The translations under genes were made by a program, and so were the position numbers. The notes below the pieces were generated by a model. It was not told the DNA's origin. It ran no database searches and saw nothing but the letters and a program-made list of their open reading frames with translations. A DNA stretch of 64,000 nt from Spironucleus salmonicida (Eukaryota): contig NC_090602.1 of assembly GCF_000497125.1 (NCBI RefSeq), positions 682,001 to 746,000 of the forward strand, given 5' to 3'. Shown in pieces: positions 13,426-26,906 of this stretch (positions within the stretch are counted from its first letter, which is position 1; every line of letters begins with the position of its first letter).

Positions 13426-14931
13426 TCAGCGGCCCACGAACTGCATGAAAACCAGCACGGACACGGCCTGGAGTATCAGGACGACGAGGACTGGGACGTA
13501 GCTGGCCGCCAGGTACTGAGACTGGATGGTGATGGTGGTCAGGGCGCTCGTGAGCCCGGCTTGGTCTACGGAGAGGTAGAGCGCGGACACTGGGACGGCG
13601 TGGCCCCCGAAGTCCTCCACGCGGTTGCGGTTCAGCTGCCGCACGAGGTCATGGTATGTGTAGGCCCCGTAGAACTGCAGGTAGTCCTGGTGGATGTAGA
13701 AGGCGCTCTCGGAGAGCCCGTAGCGGTGGCACCCCGGCTCGAGTGTGAGCGTGGCCAGGAAGCCGACCTGGAGCGTGAACGCCGGGAGCGCGTGGAAGGT
13801 CAGGTGGAAGGCTAGGGTCTGCGGGTTCGTGTCCGTCGAGCACGCCAGGACCTCCAGGCGCCCGCCGAGCACAAGCAGCTCCCCGATGCCGTAGGCCACA
13901 ACGCGGGTGCCGGCTATGCGCAGGGCCTTCGAGACGGCGCCGAAGTCGACCCGGGCGGATGTCCTGACCGCGTGCCCGGCGCGCATCTGGGCCAGCAGGC
14001 GCTCGTACGCGGCGGTGCAGGCCCGGCGGCCCTTGGCGCTGGCAAGGTTCGCGCAGGTGGAGTAGAAGGTGAGGTTGCCCACGTACCCCTCCTGGGGCAG
14101 GATCGTGTTCGCGGTGCGGTATACCGCTCCTCCCGCGGCGGCCCTGAAGTGCAGCCGCATGGGCGAGTCCGCGCGCGGGACCTCACGCCCCACGTGCTGT
14201 ACGACGACGACCTGGTCCAGGAGGAAGGCCACGTCGACGCTCTCGAAGATGCTCGTCAGGCCCTGCTCCACGAACGCCCGGAAGCGGATGTTGAGTGCCT
14301 GCGACGCGTTGGCCACCCGGAACACCACCTCCACCGCGCCCTTGGCGTTCAGCCTCGTGACCACCTTCGCGGCCTCGAACTGCAGGCCGGCCTTGGCGGT
14401 GCAGGCCAGTCCCGCGCGGTTGAAGGGGAACTCCTGGTCGACGGCGCAGTCAAAGAAGGAGTCGGGCGTGAGGAGCACGCTGCCATCTACGTAGATCGCG
14501 GCCAGCGTGTAGTCGAACGCCCCGAAGAAGGCCGCGTTCTCCACGACGATAACCGCGGAAATATTGTACATAAGGCGGCTACAGGCCCTCACCTAGACCA
14601 GGCGCATCTGGTCCCGGAACTGGTCGCCTATCTCCAGGGCGGGGAGCAGGACCATCTCGGACTCGCCCCGGAGCTGGAAGACCAGGTACACCACGTCCAG
14701 CGGGTAGCTGCGCTCGATGCTGAAGCTGACCACGGTGCTGGCGCCGTTGATGACGTCCACGACGTCCGTGGTGAAGGAGGCGCCGGTGGCGGCGTCGAGC
14801 ATCAGCAGGGACTCCTGGTTGATGGCGAAGAAGCTGCAGGCAGGGTCGCCGCTCACGGTGTAGCTGACCTGGATGGACTTGCTGAGGTACGAGACGAAGG
14901 CGTGGTGCACGGTGACGCAGGCGAGGAGCAT
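13426..14931 (-). CDS. Hypothetical membrane-anchored protein, 501 aa, IR2 left copy
   Basis: MLLACVTVHHAF start, one in-frame TAG, very high GC3, C-terminal TM. Confidence 0.8.
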
Positions 14932-14981
14932 TCTGGAGTGGCCTGAAGGTATATTGATGGGTGCCAAAGTCCAAGATCGCG

Positions 14982-15266
14982 TCACTCCAGCAGGCCCCAG
15001 AACGCGCACGAGTCGAAGGCGGTGCTCTGGAACGGGTCTTCCTGCAGCTGCTGCGCGCTCTCCTGCTTCCCCCTGGTGGGCCGCGCCTGCGCCCGCCCGT
15101 GCTGCACCCAGTAGTCGTAGCACTGGCGCGGCGTCTTGCCCAGGGCCGCACCGACCTCGATCCAGCTCAGGCGCCTCGGCCCGCCGTCCAGCTGCCGGGC
15201 CACGAGCTGCAGCAGGTCGCGGACGTCCGCGGCGCCCCATCTCGTGTATGAGCGTATAATTGTCAT
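14982..15266 (-). CDS. Myb/SANT-like DNA-binding protein, 94 aa (N-terminus MTIIRS)
   Basis: YTRWGAADVRDLLQLV..LSWIEVGAALGKTPRQCYDYW matches Myb Trp spacing. Confidence 0.8.
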   Translation of the reverse strand: MTIIRSYTRWGAADVRDLLQLVARQLDGGPRRLSWIEVGAALGKTPRQCYDYWVQHGRAQARPTRGKQESAQQLQEDPFQSTAFDSCAFWGLLE

Positions 15267-16038
15267 TTTGAACCAATCAGAATTAAGACCAAACTGAGTA
15301 ATGCTGATAATTTGGATTATTACATTGCTAGCTTTCGCAAAACCAATTGCATACCATCTAAATATTAAACCAATTTGAAAATTTAAGTCATCGCCAATTT
15401 ATATTATAATAGTATAATATTAAAATTGGAAAAGACATTACAACCAAAACATCCGTCAATTAAGCAATCAAGTATTTGGCTAATATAGAATATTATATCA
15501 TAATATATAAAATTGATTTAAAACTAAATTTAAAAATATTTTGTCGCAATCGAAAATGCGTCTATGCAAACCCGCAAATGTGAGCGGCGCGGTGCCAAAT
15601 CGGCTGAATTATACTGAAGGGAAGGTCATATTTCTAGCAAGTTTGGTGATGCGAGTCGTTGGCGCGTGTCGAACAGCGCGTTTTGCACGGTTGCGGTGGG
15701 CGTATTTCTGTGAAAATCGCTGTCGCTTTCGCAAGTATTTTAACTTACATTATTATATCTTTATAATTATATAAATTATTTTACAGAAAAAACGTAAAGT
15801 TATTTTTGCTATATAATATATAATAATTAAATTATTTATTTTTATTTCTATTCAACGTTCCCAAGTAAGTACTTTCACAGTGCACTAGTCACCGAAACTG
15901 CTGTTTCTTTCAACAGGTTATCTCGTAAAATCCTGGTGTGCACCCAATTTTTGCCTAATCAAATAATTCGTAGTAACGGTTACCAAACTAGTATTGCTGG
16001 TTCTAGAGCGTATACTCATTCCTGCTCAACTTTCGCGG

Positions 16039-16392
16039 TCATGGCGATTTCCTCAGTTTTTTGTGTATATTAGAAGGAAGAATTTGATGTTTAGTATAAT
16101 TATATGGTAATATCCAGGTAATTAATACAGGGTTTCCAGTGTAGTTTTTTAGGTGGTGGGTTGGTGATTCATAGAAATGGAATTTGCTGTCTTTGCAGGT
16201 GGATTTTCCAAAGAGAATTGCTTCTAAAGTTTTGTGTATTTATTGATACGTTAATTTGTATAATGAAAAATTGGTTTAATGATGAGGTGGTGAAAAGGTT
16301 AATTTTCGACAATACAGGTCAATTAGAGACTGTGTAGATGTAATTTCAGCTTAGTTTTTAGTAGTTATCAGAATCATTTAAGTAAGTTTCAT
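16039..16392 (-). CDS. Possible hypothetical protein, 117 aa
   Basis: Open table-6 frame only; no motif. Confidence 0.25.
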
Positions 16393-16506
16393 ATATTGTA
16401 GATGATTCAAAGGAATTTAAGTAATAGTAAATTTTACATTTTTAAATATATAAATAGTTCAATAAATATATTTATTAAATATAATAAAAATTAATGTATA
16501 AGGCGA

Positions 16507-17379
16507 TCATTTCTTGGATTTTCTAATGAAGTAGTAGGCCAGGCCACCACCGACAGCTCCTACTACCACTAAAGTGGCGATAATTATGCCTGCAATAGCG
16601 CCTCCGCCAAGCTTGTTTCCTGACTCAGCTGATCCTGGTTTTATGCATAACCCACCAAACGCCTGGTAGCCTTGTACGCAGAGTGTGCATTTCTTGTCAG
16701 TAGTCATAGTAAAGCCGGTTAGGCACAAACCACATCCAGATTTAGCTTCATTACAGGTGGCGCATCCTTGCTGATTACTACACATACACTCCGAGGTGGC
16801 AGTAGCATTACAAGCAGTTGGTACTCCTTCAAGGCAATATTATTCGGCTTCCAAATTATCGCATTATTTAGTGCACTTTCCTTCGATAGTTAGAACTGGG
16901 TTTGTATCATCTGTACCACAAGCTCCACAGATATCAACGGAAGCACACATGGAACAGTTAGGACCGCATGGCTTGCAGAATTTCACTGATAAGTCACAGT
17001 ATCCTTTATTAGCATCAGAACAATCGCTCAGTTCAGTGCAAGCTTTCTCACAGATTCTCGTGCTAGTATCTAGAACAAATCCCGCTTTGCAAGAAGTACA
17101 TTTCTTTGCTTCAGTCTAGCAGGTAATGCAGTTTCTATCACAGACAGTGCATTTTCCTTCGGATGTGAGGTAATATCCTGCCAAGCAATTTGTACATTTC
17201 CCGTCCGCGCAAGACAGGCAGCCTGTACTTTGCGTATTGACCACACAGTTGCAGCCTTGGTCTTTGGTAATACTATCATCACATAGCTTGCAATCTACTA
17301 CGTCACTGGCAGTAGCCGGGCAAAAAGTACCAACAAGGCATTTATTATCAAAACCACCACACTTACCAGCCGCTGCCAT
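16507..17379 (-). CDS. Cysteine-rich membrane protein (CXXC-rich, VSP/CRMP-like), 290 aa
   Basis: Many CXXC motifs, TM GGGAIAGIIIATLVVVGAVGGGLAYYF, tail RKSKK; paralog of 40603-41493. Confidence 0.9.
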
Positions 17380-18594
17380 TATTGAAGTTCCATTGTTTTT
17401 AATATTAACAATATTTGGATAATATATAATTTAGAACTTTGATCAATTGTGTATTATCTTTATAATACAAATACTAAAATAAATATATTTATTATATCCA
17501 ATTGGCGACTCATTTTAGTTTTTCCAGTTCTCAGGTATCAAATTTTACTTATGCAATTATTGGTCTAGCCTTAATATAATTATTATACAACTTATCAAAA
17601 TGAGATTACCGATATTTGCTACCAATGAGCAAGTATCAATCCAAACTATATTTTGAAGCTGATTTACTAGCGAGTTAGGGTTGTATGATGGGGAGTTTAA
17701 TCGAAGTAATACTGAGGCTAATTGTACCTATGCAGCAAATTGATGTTTAGTACAGAATACTATTTATAATTTGTCGCAATTTAATGAGCTCCTTACAGAC
17801 CTACTTAATTTCCACGTCAGGAAAAGTTTAAATCACCAGTATACGCCTGAAATATTCCATCTATCTAATTTTCGGAGCTCTACACGGCTAACATGCGGAT
17901 AAAATTGATCGAAGTAGTTTTATCTGCGCCGCATTAAATTGCGCACCACCAGCCTTAAAACTACCATTTTTCCAAATCAACCTACAATGCTGTAATTTAC
18001 CAGCCAACTATTGCATACGCCCAAATTACCATACTAAGGCTCCCTAACTAGCTTCCAACCTACTAACCCCACAAATCCTCCTCGCAAGCCATACCGCCGT
18101 ATTGAACAATATATATTGCGCTATCTCAATACGGTATCTGAATATATCCGCTGATTCATTTATATGTTCTACCGATTTTTCCCTTCCACTTATCCTTTTC
18201 TTATTTTTACAATAAAATTAATATTTTATATAAACTTACCTAAATCCCTCCCTCGTTCGCTCCATCAGATTCATTTTAGAAGTTCGTTATTCCAATTCCT
18301 TTCTTCCTTCCTTCTTTTATGTATCCTTACTTACCGTATAAAATTAATAGTATTATACGATTATGTAGATAAAATTTTATTCTGACAATTTTTTGTTGAA
18401 CACCATATTTAGGTTAATAAGTTCATATGAACATAAAGTTTATGTTCATATTGTAATTAATAAATAAATATAATTTATTAAACTCACAGTCAGTAATATT
18501 ACAAGTATAGTAACCTATTCTATTTATTTACAGATTTAGATTTAATTTACTGTTATACTGTTTTAAAGAAAATAATATGATGATTTACTTTATT

Positions 18595-19890
18595 TCACTA
18601 CAATTACCTCGATGTTTACAATAATGGAGGTACTATTCCTATCTATTCGTTCTAAAACAGACTTTATATGTCTGGTTAAATTATTTTTGGCTTTTTGACT
18701 AAATAAATTGTCAAAACAATAACTAAAATAACTAAGATAATAACTAATATTCCAAAAGCAACATTCAAGGCATTCGATGAGGAAAGATTACCATTTGAAC
18801 ACAATCCATCAGAATTTAGTTAATATCCTTATGAACATTACTCACAATTTTTACCAGAGTAAGCTACATCACAAGTACATTTTTCTGCTAAACACCCTCC
18901 ATGACTGTTACATTAAAACTATCTACAGCTAATAGAACAGTTAGGTAACATAAATCCTGAGCAGTTACATAGTTAATATTAAGTATTATAAGTTTTAAAA
19001 TTAGCATAAAAAGTACTTAAGAACTAGCTTTTATAGTTTAAACAAATAGGAGTATTAAGTGTAACTTCTATAGTTTCATCTGAGAGTAAGCATAATTTGT
19101 TAGGAACGGGAATATCGGTACTGGTAAAAATATCAGTGGAAAAAGCATCTAAAAAACTTTAAGGTAAATTACTGGTTTAAACAAACTTATCGATAGTTTA
19201 CGAAATTGAATAGCCTGTATTAATTTTTGCTAGATTAACAGATATCTATGAGTTTGAATTTACTAAAATATTCATAAACGTTCCAAATAAATTAGTATTA
19301 CAAGTACTTTCTCCACTAATTATTACTTCAGAGGCTATAATGTTACTGCTTAATATATTGAAATTTTAACTACAACTGATTTAATAGTAAATAGCTAGAT
19401 CCTAAATTTATGTGTTAACGGCATTAAGAATAATGCTTATATTGTCTTTATAGAACCCAGAAAATCTAACTAGAAATTCTTTCATTTAAGTATTGAACAG
19501 TGACCCGAATAATGTATAACCTAGAGAACTAATAGTAGGATTATAATTTATATTGCTTGTGATGAACAATCCATTAAACTTACATTCAATAACTTAGCTA
19601 GATACGAGCATTACTTGTGATTACGTAGATGAACCTTAAACATAAATAGTAACATTTTCCATTGTAGTGTTAGTCATTTACTAAATTAGAGATTAGAATA
19701 AATCGTTAATTTTTAACTATATCGAGATATTCTTCAAGTTTGAATTTGTTAGCGATAAAAATATTTACATATCAGTTATAAACGTAACATTCTACAATAT
19801 AATCTTATCAGCAGTGCATGCCGCTGTGACTGTAACAACTTCATCTCTACCCATCTAGCAGGCGCTAATTTACAGTAGGATCGCAAGCAT
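18595..19890 (-). CDS. Type I membrane protein with a membrane-proximal EGF-like Cys domain, 431 aa
   Basis: MLAILLQISAC signal-like start; CNSHGGCLAEKCTCDVAYSGKNCEQC; TM VAFGILVIILVILVIVLTIYLV; missing from the track because of many TAA/TAG. Confidence 0.8.
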
Positions 19891-19992
19891 TTTTCAACCT
19901 ATATACGATTTTATATATAATCTCTATTATTTTATTTTTAGTATATCTTTTCAATATATAACTCTTCACTTGTACACTAGAACTCTACGAAC

Positions 19993-22095
19993 TCAAATAA
20001 TTTCGTTAATTCGCGTCTCCACGTACGCCTCTACCTCATTTTCATCGATTTTTCCACTAACGACACGCTCCAGAATGCGCTCACATTCCCTTAAAATTGC
20101 ATCCTGATTTTCTTCGAAGCAGCGCAGCGCGAGCTGCTTGTGACCATCGTAGCGCAGCATCAGCCCCTTATACGCCCCATCCAGCACGCGGTTGAACAGC
20201 TTTTCGCTTGAGTTCGTCTCGAAGGAAAGCTCCTCGATGCGGCTCAAATTTGGCGAATTTTGGACCTAAATTTTGATCTGCGGCGTAAATAGCTAGCTCT
20301 CAAACGAATTTACGAGGGACTTAGAGCTTACCAAATTGTCTTGCAGAGTTGAAATCTGCTTCTTTTGGGCCTTAATTTGGCTGGATATTTTGTCCATTTA
20401 GACGTAGATTTGGTCTTTCTAAAGTGTTATTTTTGACTTCAGAAGGCGCTGCTTCGATTGTATTTCAAGCGGCTTCGAGCTGCTTTTTGGACGCTTCTGA
20501 GCTGATTTCGTGGCCGGAATTTTGAAGGAATCCTCGTAGTTCATGGGTGTTTTAGCCCGCTTGCGTCCCGGTGCCGGCGTTCCGCAATATCGGTTCTTGT
20601 ACGCATGAAAATTTTCGCTTTTGGACATTTTCCTCTCCATTCCGGCAACGTTTTAGGCTTCGATTTTGCGCGATTTGAGTTGCTTTTTCTCGTCGATTTT
20701 TGACATTATCAAGTTCCCACTCTCTAAAATTTGTTACTGTATTTTCAAATTGATTTTGATTTTCCACTCCACGAAAACACGTAGAATAAAATCGATTTTT
20801 TCGTCATAAAAAACGTTTTTAAGTGTAAAATTTCGCATTAAAATGAAAATCAGCGGATGCGGCTCCCCAGATTACAAGAATTCGAGGTCCTTGACGTTTT
20901 CTGCAAAATTAACAAGAAACTGAGCCACTGTTGCGCCCTGCGGCTGGAAATAGTCCGGAGCGATGCATTCCAGAACGAGTTTTTGCGCATCGTTCAAGTA
21001 TGTCAAATTTTGATACATTTCAAAAATATACTTATTAAGTGCAATTTAAATTGGAATATGAATTCCAATTCCATTTTCCATTCCCTCAAAATCGAAATTT
21101 TCGCTATAGAAATTTTGAAATTCTGTGAGTTTCGGGAAAAATTTGCTGTCGTAACGGAAATCGTTCCCCTGAAGATCCAGATTCTGCAGGTAGAGATCGT
21201 CCGCTAGACAGCGAATTTCGCTCAAAAACTCGTTTTTGAAGCCGTTCGCACTTAAATCCACGTAAACTAGACCCCCCAACGCCCTGCGGGCTATAAATTC
21301 TGGCTCTTTTTGAGCATTTTTGTCCGTCCGCAAACTGCGCTCCCAGAGCAGTTTTTCGCGTTGGTTTTGGTGCAGTGTCAGGAGCGAACTCAGCAGTTTC
21401 CCGGCGGTCAGCGAGTCGAGGTTCGAGTCCTAGAGAGCGAAGATTTTTAGCTGAAATTGTCCGAAAACGGACTCGAAGGCCCGCGCTGCGAGATCTGCGC
21501 TGCCAAGGTTGTTGAAAACGAGCATCTGCAGCGCACCGAACCTGCGCGCGTTGATTTTGACGCCCTCGAGCAGCTTTTCGAAGATCTTCGGCGGGTGCAC
21601 GTCGTAGAACGCCAGGACCTGCAGCTTTTTCATGTTCGGCAGCTCGGTGGCGATGGTTTGCAGGAGCTTGAAAAGCGCCTTTCTGGCCAGCAGCGCATCG
21701 TTTTGGTCCGATTTCTTATTGTTTATAATGTTCTTGGCGTTGTCTTTTGGGAACATGTTCTAATTCGTCGATTTTGGCGTCAGCCGGTCGAAAATGGTCG
21801 TTTTTGACGGCCGTGGGGGCGGCAGCGGGTCGCAGTGGCCGATTTGCTCGAGGTAGGTCGTGTGAGCAGATGGGTACGTGAAATGGAGCGCATTCTCATT
21901 GTTCGCAATCGTGATCTCTGTGATGTGCTCGGCTGCTTGCGCGAGCGCCTGCGCCGCCGCCAGAATGTGGTGCGGCTTGAAAAACGGCAGCTGGATGCGA
22001 AACCGGTTAGAATGCGCATGCTGCTCCAGTGTAGCGCCGAAAGTTAGTATGTGGTGCTGATTCTGGGCGTGAATCAGCGCCTCCTGCAAGTTCAT
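19993..22095 (-). CDS. Leucine-rich repeat plus coiled-coil protein, CEP78-like (tentative), 700 aa
   Basis: One frame joins five track ORFs; LLWERSLR, YVDLSAN and DDLYLQNLDLQGN recall CEP78 LRR motifs; paralog of 33300-35279. Confidence 0.7.
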
Positions 22096-22219
22096 TTTTT
22101 AAATTTTACAAAATCATATTATATAAAATATTATATAATAATGGTTAAATTTTAGTTTTTTCACTTCAGAAAATCTGATTATTATACAATCAGATAATGG
22201 TGCGTTCTTTCCGCAATAT

Positions 22220-22858
22220 ATGGAAGTGTTTTCTGACACTCCTGCCCCAAATGCGTACCATGCAGAAGACGTAAAAATCACGATAAAAAGCGAGCCTGCG
22301 TACTCTATGAGGTCACGCCACGAACAAAAGATCAAAAATGGGGCCCCTGGCCCCGGACAGTACACCCCATCGTCAGAAATGCTAAACAAGCGCGAACCAT
22401 CTTATTCAATGTCCGGGAGGCACGCAGATCTCAAGAATAAGTAAGTTGTCCCCGGGCCTGGGGCTTACAGCTTCGATGACTCGAAAATAACAACTAACCC
22501 GCCGAATTATTCGATGAGCGGAAGGCACACAATCATCGACAAGAAAAATGTACCTGGACCTGGAACCTACAAGGCAGAGGACTATAAGGTATTTGGTGCC
22601 GGACCCAAGCAATCGCTCGCGGGAAGACACTCGATTATCGACAAGAAGAATGTTCCTGGGCCTGGAGCCTACAACCAGGAGGACAAGTTTATTTCAAAAA
22701 GATCAGCTGAGTACAGCTTTAAGTCTAGACATTCAATTTCCGATAAAAATAAAGTACCTGGGCCCGGAGCTTACAATACTGCCTTGAGTACGCTTAGCTC
22801 CAAAAGCTGCAGCATGAGCGGGAGGCAGACGTACAAGGCTGGTATTTTCAGAAAGTGA
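22220..22858 (+). CDS. SHIPPO/ODF3-like PGPGAY-repeat (axonemal) protein, 212 aa
   Basis: About six repeats of (V)PGPG(A/T/Q)Y with YS(M/F)xxRH. Confidence 0.9.
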
Positions 22859-23138
22859 GACATGTTAATTTTTTAATCTACTAAAGGGGTAGATTTTGCT
22901 AAACGTAATTGGATTTGATTATTCTAATGATTTTGTATGTGGGTCTATATTTATAAGCTCAGATGTGCAATAAATTGTGTATTAAAGATATTTTATTACT
23001 ATTATTTTGATTTTGATTGTATTTAAATTAGATTTGTAAATTTGTTCAGTAGTTTAGGTTAAATAAATAATACCTTAATTGAAATGATTATGATATTCAT
23101 TATCTTAAGTGCATTAATATTTGCTTAAAAAGATAAGA

Positions 23139-23423
23139 ATGGAATCGAAACGCTCATACACGAGATGGGGCGCCGCGGACGTCCGCGACCTGCTGCAGCT
23201 CGTGGCCCGGCAGCTGGACGGCGGGCCGAGGCGCCTGAGCTGGATCGAGGTCGGTGCGGCCCTGGGCAAGACGCCGCGCCAGTGCTACGACTACTGGGTG
23301 CAGCACGGGCGGGCGCAGGCGCGGCCCACCAGGGGGAAGCAGGAGAGCGCGCAGCAGCTGCAGGAAGACCCGTTCCAGAGCACCGCCTTCGACTCGTGCG
23401 CGTTCTGGGGCCTGCTGGAGTGA
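23139..23423 (+). CDS. Myb/SANT-like protein, 94 aa (N-terminus MESKRS), IR2 right copy
   Basis: Mirror of 14982-15266 except the first codons. Confidence 0.8.
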   Translation: MESKRSYTRWGAADVRDLLQLVARQLDGGPRRLSWIEVGAALGKTPRQCYDYWVQHGRAQARPTRGKQESAQQLQEDPFQSTAFDSCAFWGLLE

Positions 23424-23473
23424 CGCGATCTTGGACTTTGGCACCCATCAATATACCTTCAGGCCACTCCAGA

Positions 23474-24979
23474 ATGCTCCTCGCCTGCGTCACCGTGCAC
23501 CACGCCTTCGTCTCGTACCTCAGCAAGTCCATCCAGGTCAGCTACACCGTGAGCGGCGACCCTGCCTGCAGCTTCTTCGCCATCAACCAGGAGTCCCTGC
23601 TGATGCTCGACGCCGCCACCGGCGCCTCCTTCACCACGGACGTCGTGGACGTCATCAACGGCGCCAGCACCGTGGTCAGCTTCAGCATCGAGCGCAGCTA
23701 CCCGCTGGACGTGGTGTACCTGGTCTTCCAGCTCCGGGGCGAGTCCGAGATGGTCCTGCTCCCCGCCCTGGAGATAGGCGACCAGTTCCGGGACCAGATG
23801 CGCCTGGTCTAGGTGAGGGCCTGTAGCCGCCTTATGTACAATATTTCCGCGGTTATCGTCGTGGAGAACGCGGCCTTCTTCGGGGCGTTCGACTACACGC
23901 TGGCCGCGATCTACGTAGATGGCAGCGTGCTCCTCACGCCCGACTCCTTCTTTGACTGCGCCGTCGACCAGGAGTTCCCCTTCAACCGCGCGGGACTGGC
24001 CTGCACCGCCAAGGCCGGCCTGCAGTTCGAGGCCGCGAAGGTGGTCACGAGGCTGAACGCCAAGGGCGCGGTGGAGGTGGTATTCCGGGTGGCCAACGCG
24101 TCGCAGGCACTCAACATCCGCTTCCGGGCGTTCGTGGAGCAGGGCCTGACGAGCATCTTCGAGAGCGTCGACGTGGCCTTCCTCCTGGACCAGGTCGTCG
24201 TCGTACAGCACGTGGGGCGTGAGGTCCCGCGCGCGGACTCGCCCATGCGGCTGCACTTCAGGGCCGCCGCGGGAGGAGCGGTATACCGCACCGCGAACAC
24301 GATCCTGCCCCAGGAGGGGTACGTGGGCAACCTCACCTTCTACTCCACCTGCGCGAACCTTGCCAGCGCCAAGGGCCGCCGGGCCTGCACCGCCGCGTAC
24401 GAGCGCCTGCTGGCCCAGATGCGCGCCGGGCACGCGGTCAGGACATCCGCCCGGGTCGACTTCGGCGCCGTCTCGAAGGCCCTGCGCATAGCCGGCACCC
24501 GCGTTGTGGCCTACGGCATCGGGGAGCTGCTTGTGCTCGGCGGGCGCCTGGAGGTCCTGGCGTGCTCGACGGACACGAACCCGCAGACCCTAGCCTTCCA
24601 CCTGACCTTCCACGCGCTCCCGGCGTTCACGCTCCAGGTCGGCTTCCTGGCCACGCTCACACTCGAGCCGGGGTGCCACCGCTACGGGCTCTCCGAGAGC
24701 GCCTTCTACATCCACCAGGACTACCTGCAGTTCTACGGGGCCTACACCTACCATGACCTCGTGCGGCAGCTGAACCGCAACCGCGTGGAGGACTTCGGGG
24801 GCCACGCCGTCCCAGTGTCCGCGCTCTACCTCTCCGTAGACCAAGCCGGGCTCACGAGCGCCCTGACCACCATCACCATCCAGTCTCAGTACCTGGCGGC
24901 CAGCTACGTCCCAGTCCTCGTCGTCCTGATACTCCAGGCCGTGTCCGTGCTGGTTTTCATGCAGTTCGTGGGCCGCTGA
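23474..24979 (+). CDS. Hypothetical membrane-anchored protein, 501 aa, IR2 right copy
   Basis: Mirror of 13426-14931. Confidence 0.8.
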
Positions 24980-25254
24980 GTCCCCGTTGGCGGCTGGTTA
25001 CCACTAGTATTAACTATTTCGCAAAAAGGCCAACCATTCTTAACTCGCAGCGCCAATGTCTCGCCTGACATCTAGTTTCCACTAAGTTGAATTCCGCCTC
25101 CAGAAACTGGTTTCTCGCGCAATCATTTCCGCCACGGTTTTCCGTATGTATAGTATTTGCCACGATACTGGAGTGATAGTATAACTGGGAAACTGTCTGA
25201 AACACAAATAAGTATATTCTGGTATATACGATTGTGGTTCCCGCCCTATCAGTA

Positions 25255-25464
25255 ATGTGCGGGACACAGGACCGGACCTCCACCTCGCTGCCCCCAAAGA
25301 TGGGCTCCTAGGCCAAGCTGCTGGAGTACATATCGGCATCCATCAGCACGCCCCTGGTTACGCGCAGCCTCTCGCAGGTGCTGCCGCTGGAGTTCTCTGA
25401 CGGCGAGGAGTACGACTTCGCCGACCAGGGCGTTGCCGTAGTGCAGAGCTTATTGTAGTAGTGA
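25255..25464 (+). CDS. Small protein (69 aa), IR2 right copy (starts MCG)
   Basis: Mirror of 12941-13150; ends TAG TAG TGA. Confidence 0.7.
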
Positions 25465-26906
25465 TGTATTTTACATACCTATGAATATGGAGGTGCTGAC
25501 GTAAAGTTATAAAACAGTTAAAAGCATGGCGGATTCGTAGTATTTAATAAATATTTAGAAATTAGCAAATGAGATAGGTGCAATGCCCTAAAAATAGTCA
25601 GTAAAATTTTAGTATCTTATATAGTTATATAACTTAATTTAGCTATCTTAGCCCATTACCATGAAACTTAATTATTTCTTACTACTATAATGTAAACTTT
25701 TAAAAATCTACCAGTGAAAATAGGTTCTTTATAGTGATATTATAAATAACATAAAACACTGAAATAGCAAAAATATATTATTTAGTACTGCTTCTATGTT
25801 TATTTTGAGTATTCAGTGAGCAGCAAGTTTATAAGAAAGTATTACCGTGATATTATGCAGTAATATGATTCAGTAAAGTACAATTTCATAAAATCATATC
25901 CACTAACAGCTTATATTCTAAAGCTTACTTAGTAAATGCTTCGATTATATAATTTATCCTTAGCGAACATATTTTAGTGCAATCATAGCAAACATTTCGA
26001 TATTATAGAATGAGTTATTTTTTGATATTAATAACGAGTTGATTATGTACTTCTTAATACTATTTTATTTTAACCAACTTATCTAACAGGTTCTCTATTG
26101 GTCCGCTAAGGTTTGGAGTTTCATTCAATTAAAAAGTTAGCGATTAGCTAAAATGAAACACCACCCTAGATTATTAATAAGTTGTACTTGATATTTTTTG
26201 ATATATGCTAGAAATTGCACCAAGATAAATATGATACCACATCTGTCGATGCGCATATTTATTATTATAAAATTAATAGCTAAGGAACAAAGTTATATCC
26301 AAAATATGGCACTTCAAATTTAGATATAACTTATAATGTTTTAGATTAGTTAGCTATATAATTAATATAACCTATTTCATTAGTTTGCACGCTTGATAAT
26401 AGACTATAGACAAGCTACATTGTGCATTTGCGAATCTTTTAATACGATAGCAAGACTAAATGCAGAGTCTTATAGAGATAGTGCCAGTATATATTTTCCA
26501 ATTGCACGACATTCATACATTTATGGTTCGATGTACTATCCATTATATAATAATCGATACCAATATCTTGATATATTATTTATTATATCCTAACTATTAT
26601 ACATCTATTCTCAGCATGATGTCTTTTTGAGCACTCGGTTTATCTGACCCACATTAGTATATTCACCGAATCACCACTGCATCACGCTTTTCCACTTTAA
26701 CGCGATATTGAAGATATTTTACCAACATCATTAAATGGAATGTGCATTTCTGCTGTATAATTTTAATTAATTTTACGATGCTGCTTTAGGCCTGAAATCC
26801 TGCAACTTTTTACATTTTCAAAATATTTTGCCATAGAAAATTTGCGACCCCATAATTGTATTATATTCACTCTGGATACAGACAATCGTTTAGCACTATC
26901 TAAAAA

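Noticed and set aside
13561-15276. Long overlapping or antisense Arg/Pro/Gly-rich track ORFs (also at 37000-41600, 48300-52900, 60087-61147)
   Set aside because: Shadow frames of high-GC3 genes
22320-22830. Regularly spaced repeats resembling a CRISPR array
   Set aside because: They are degenerate in-frame PGPGAY protein repeats
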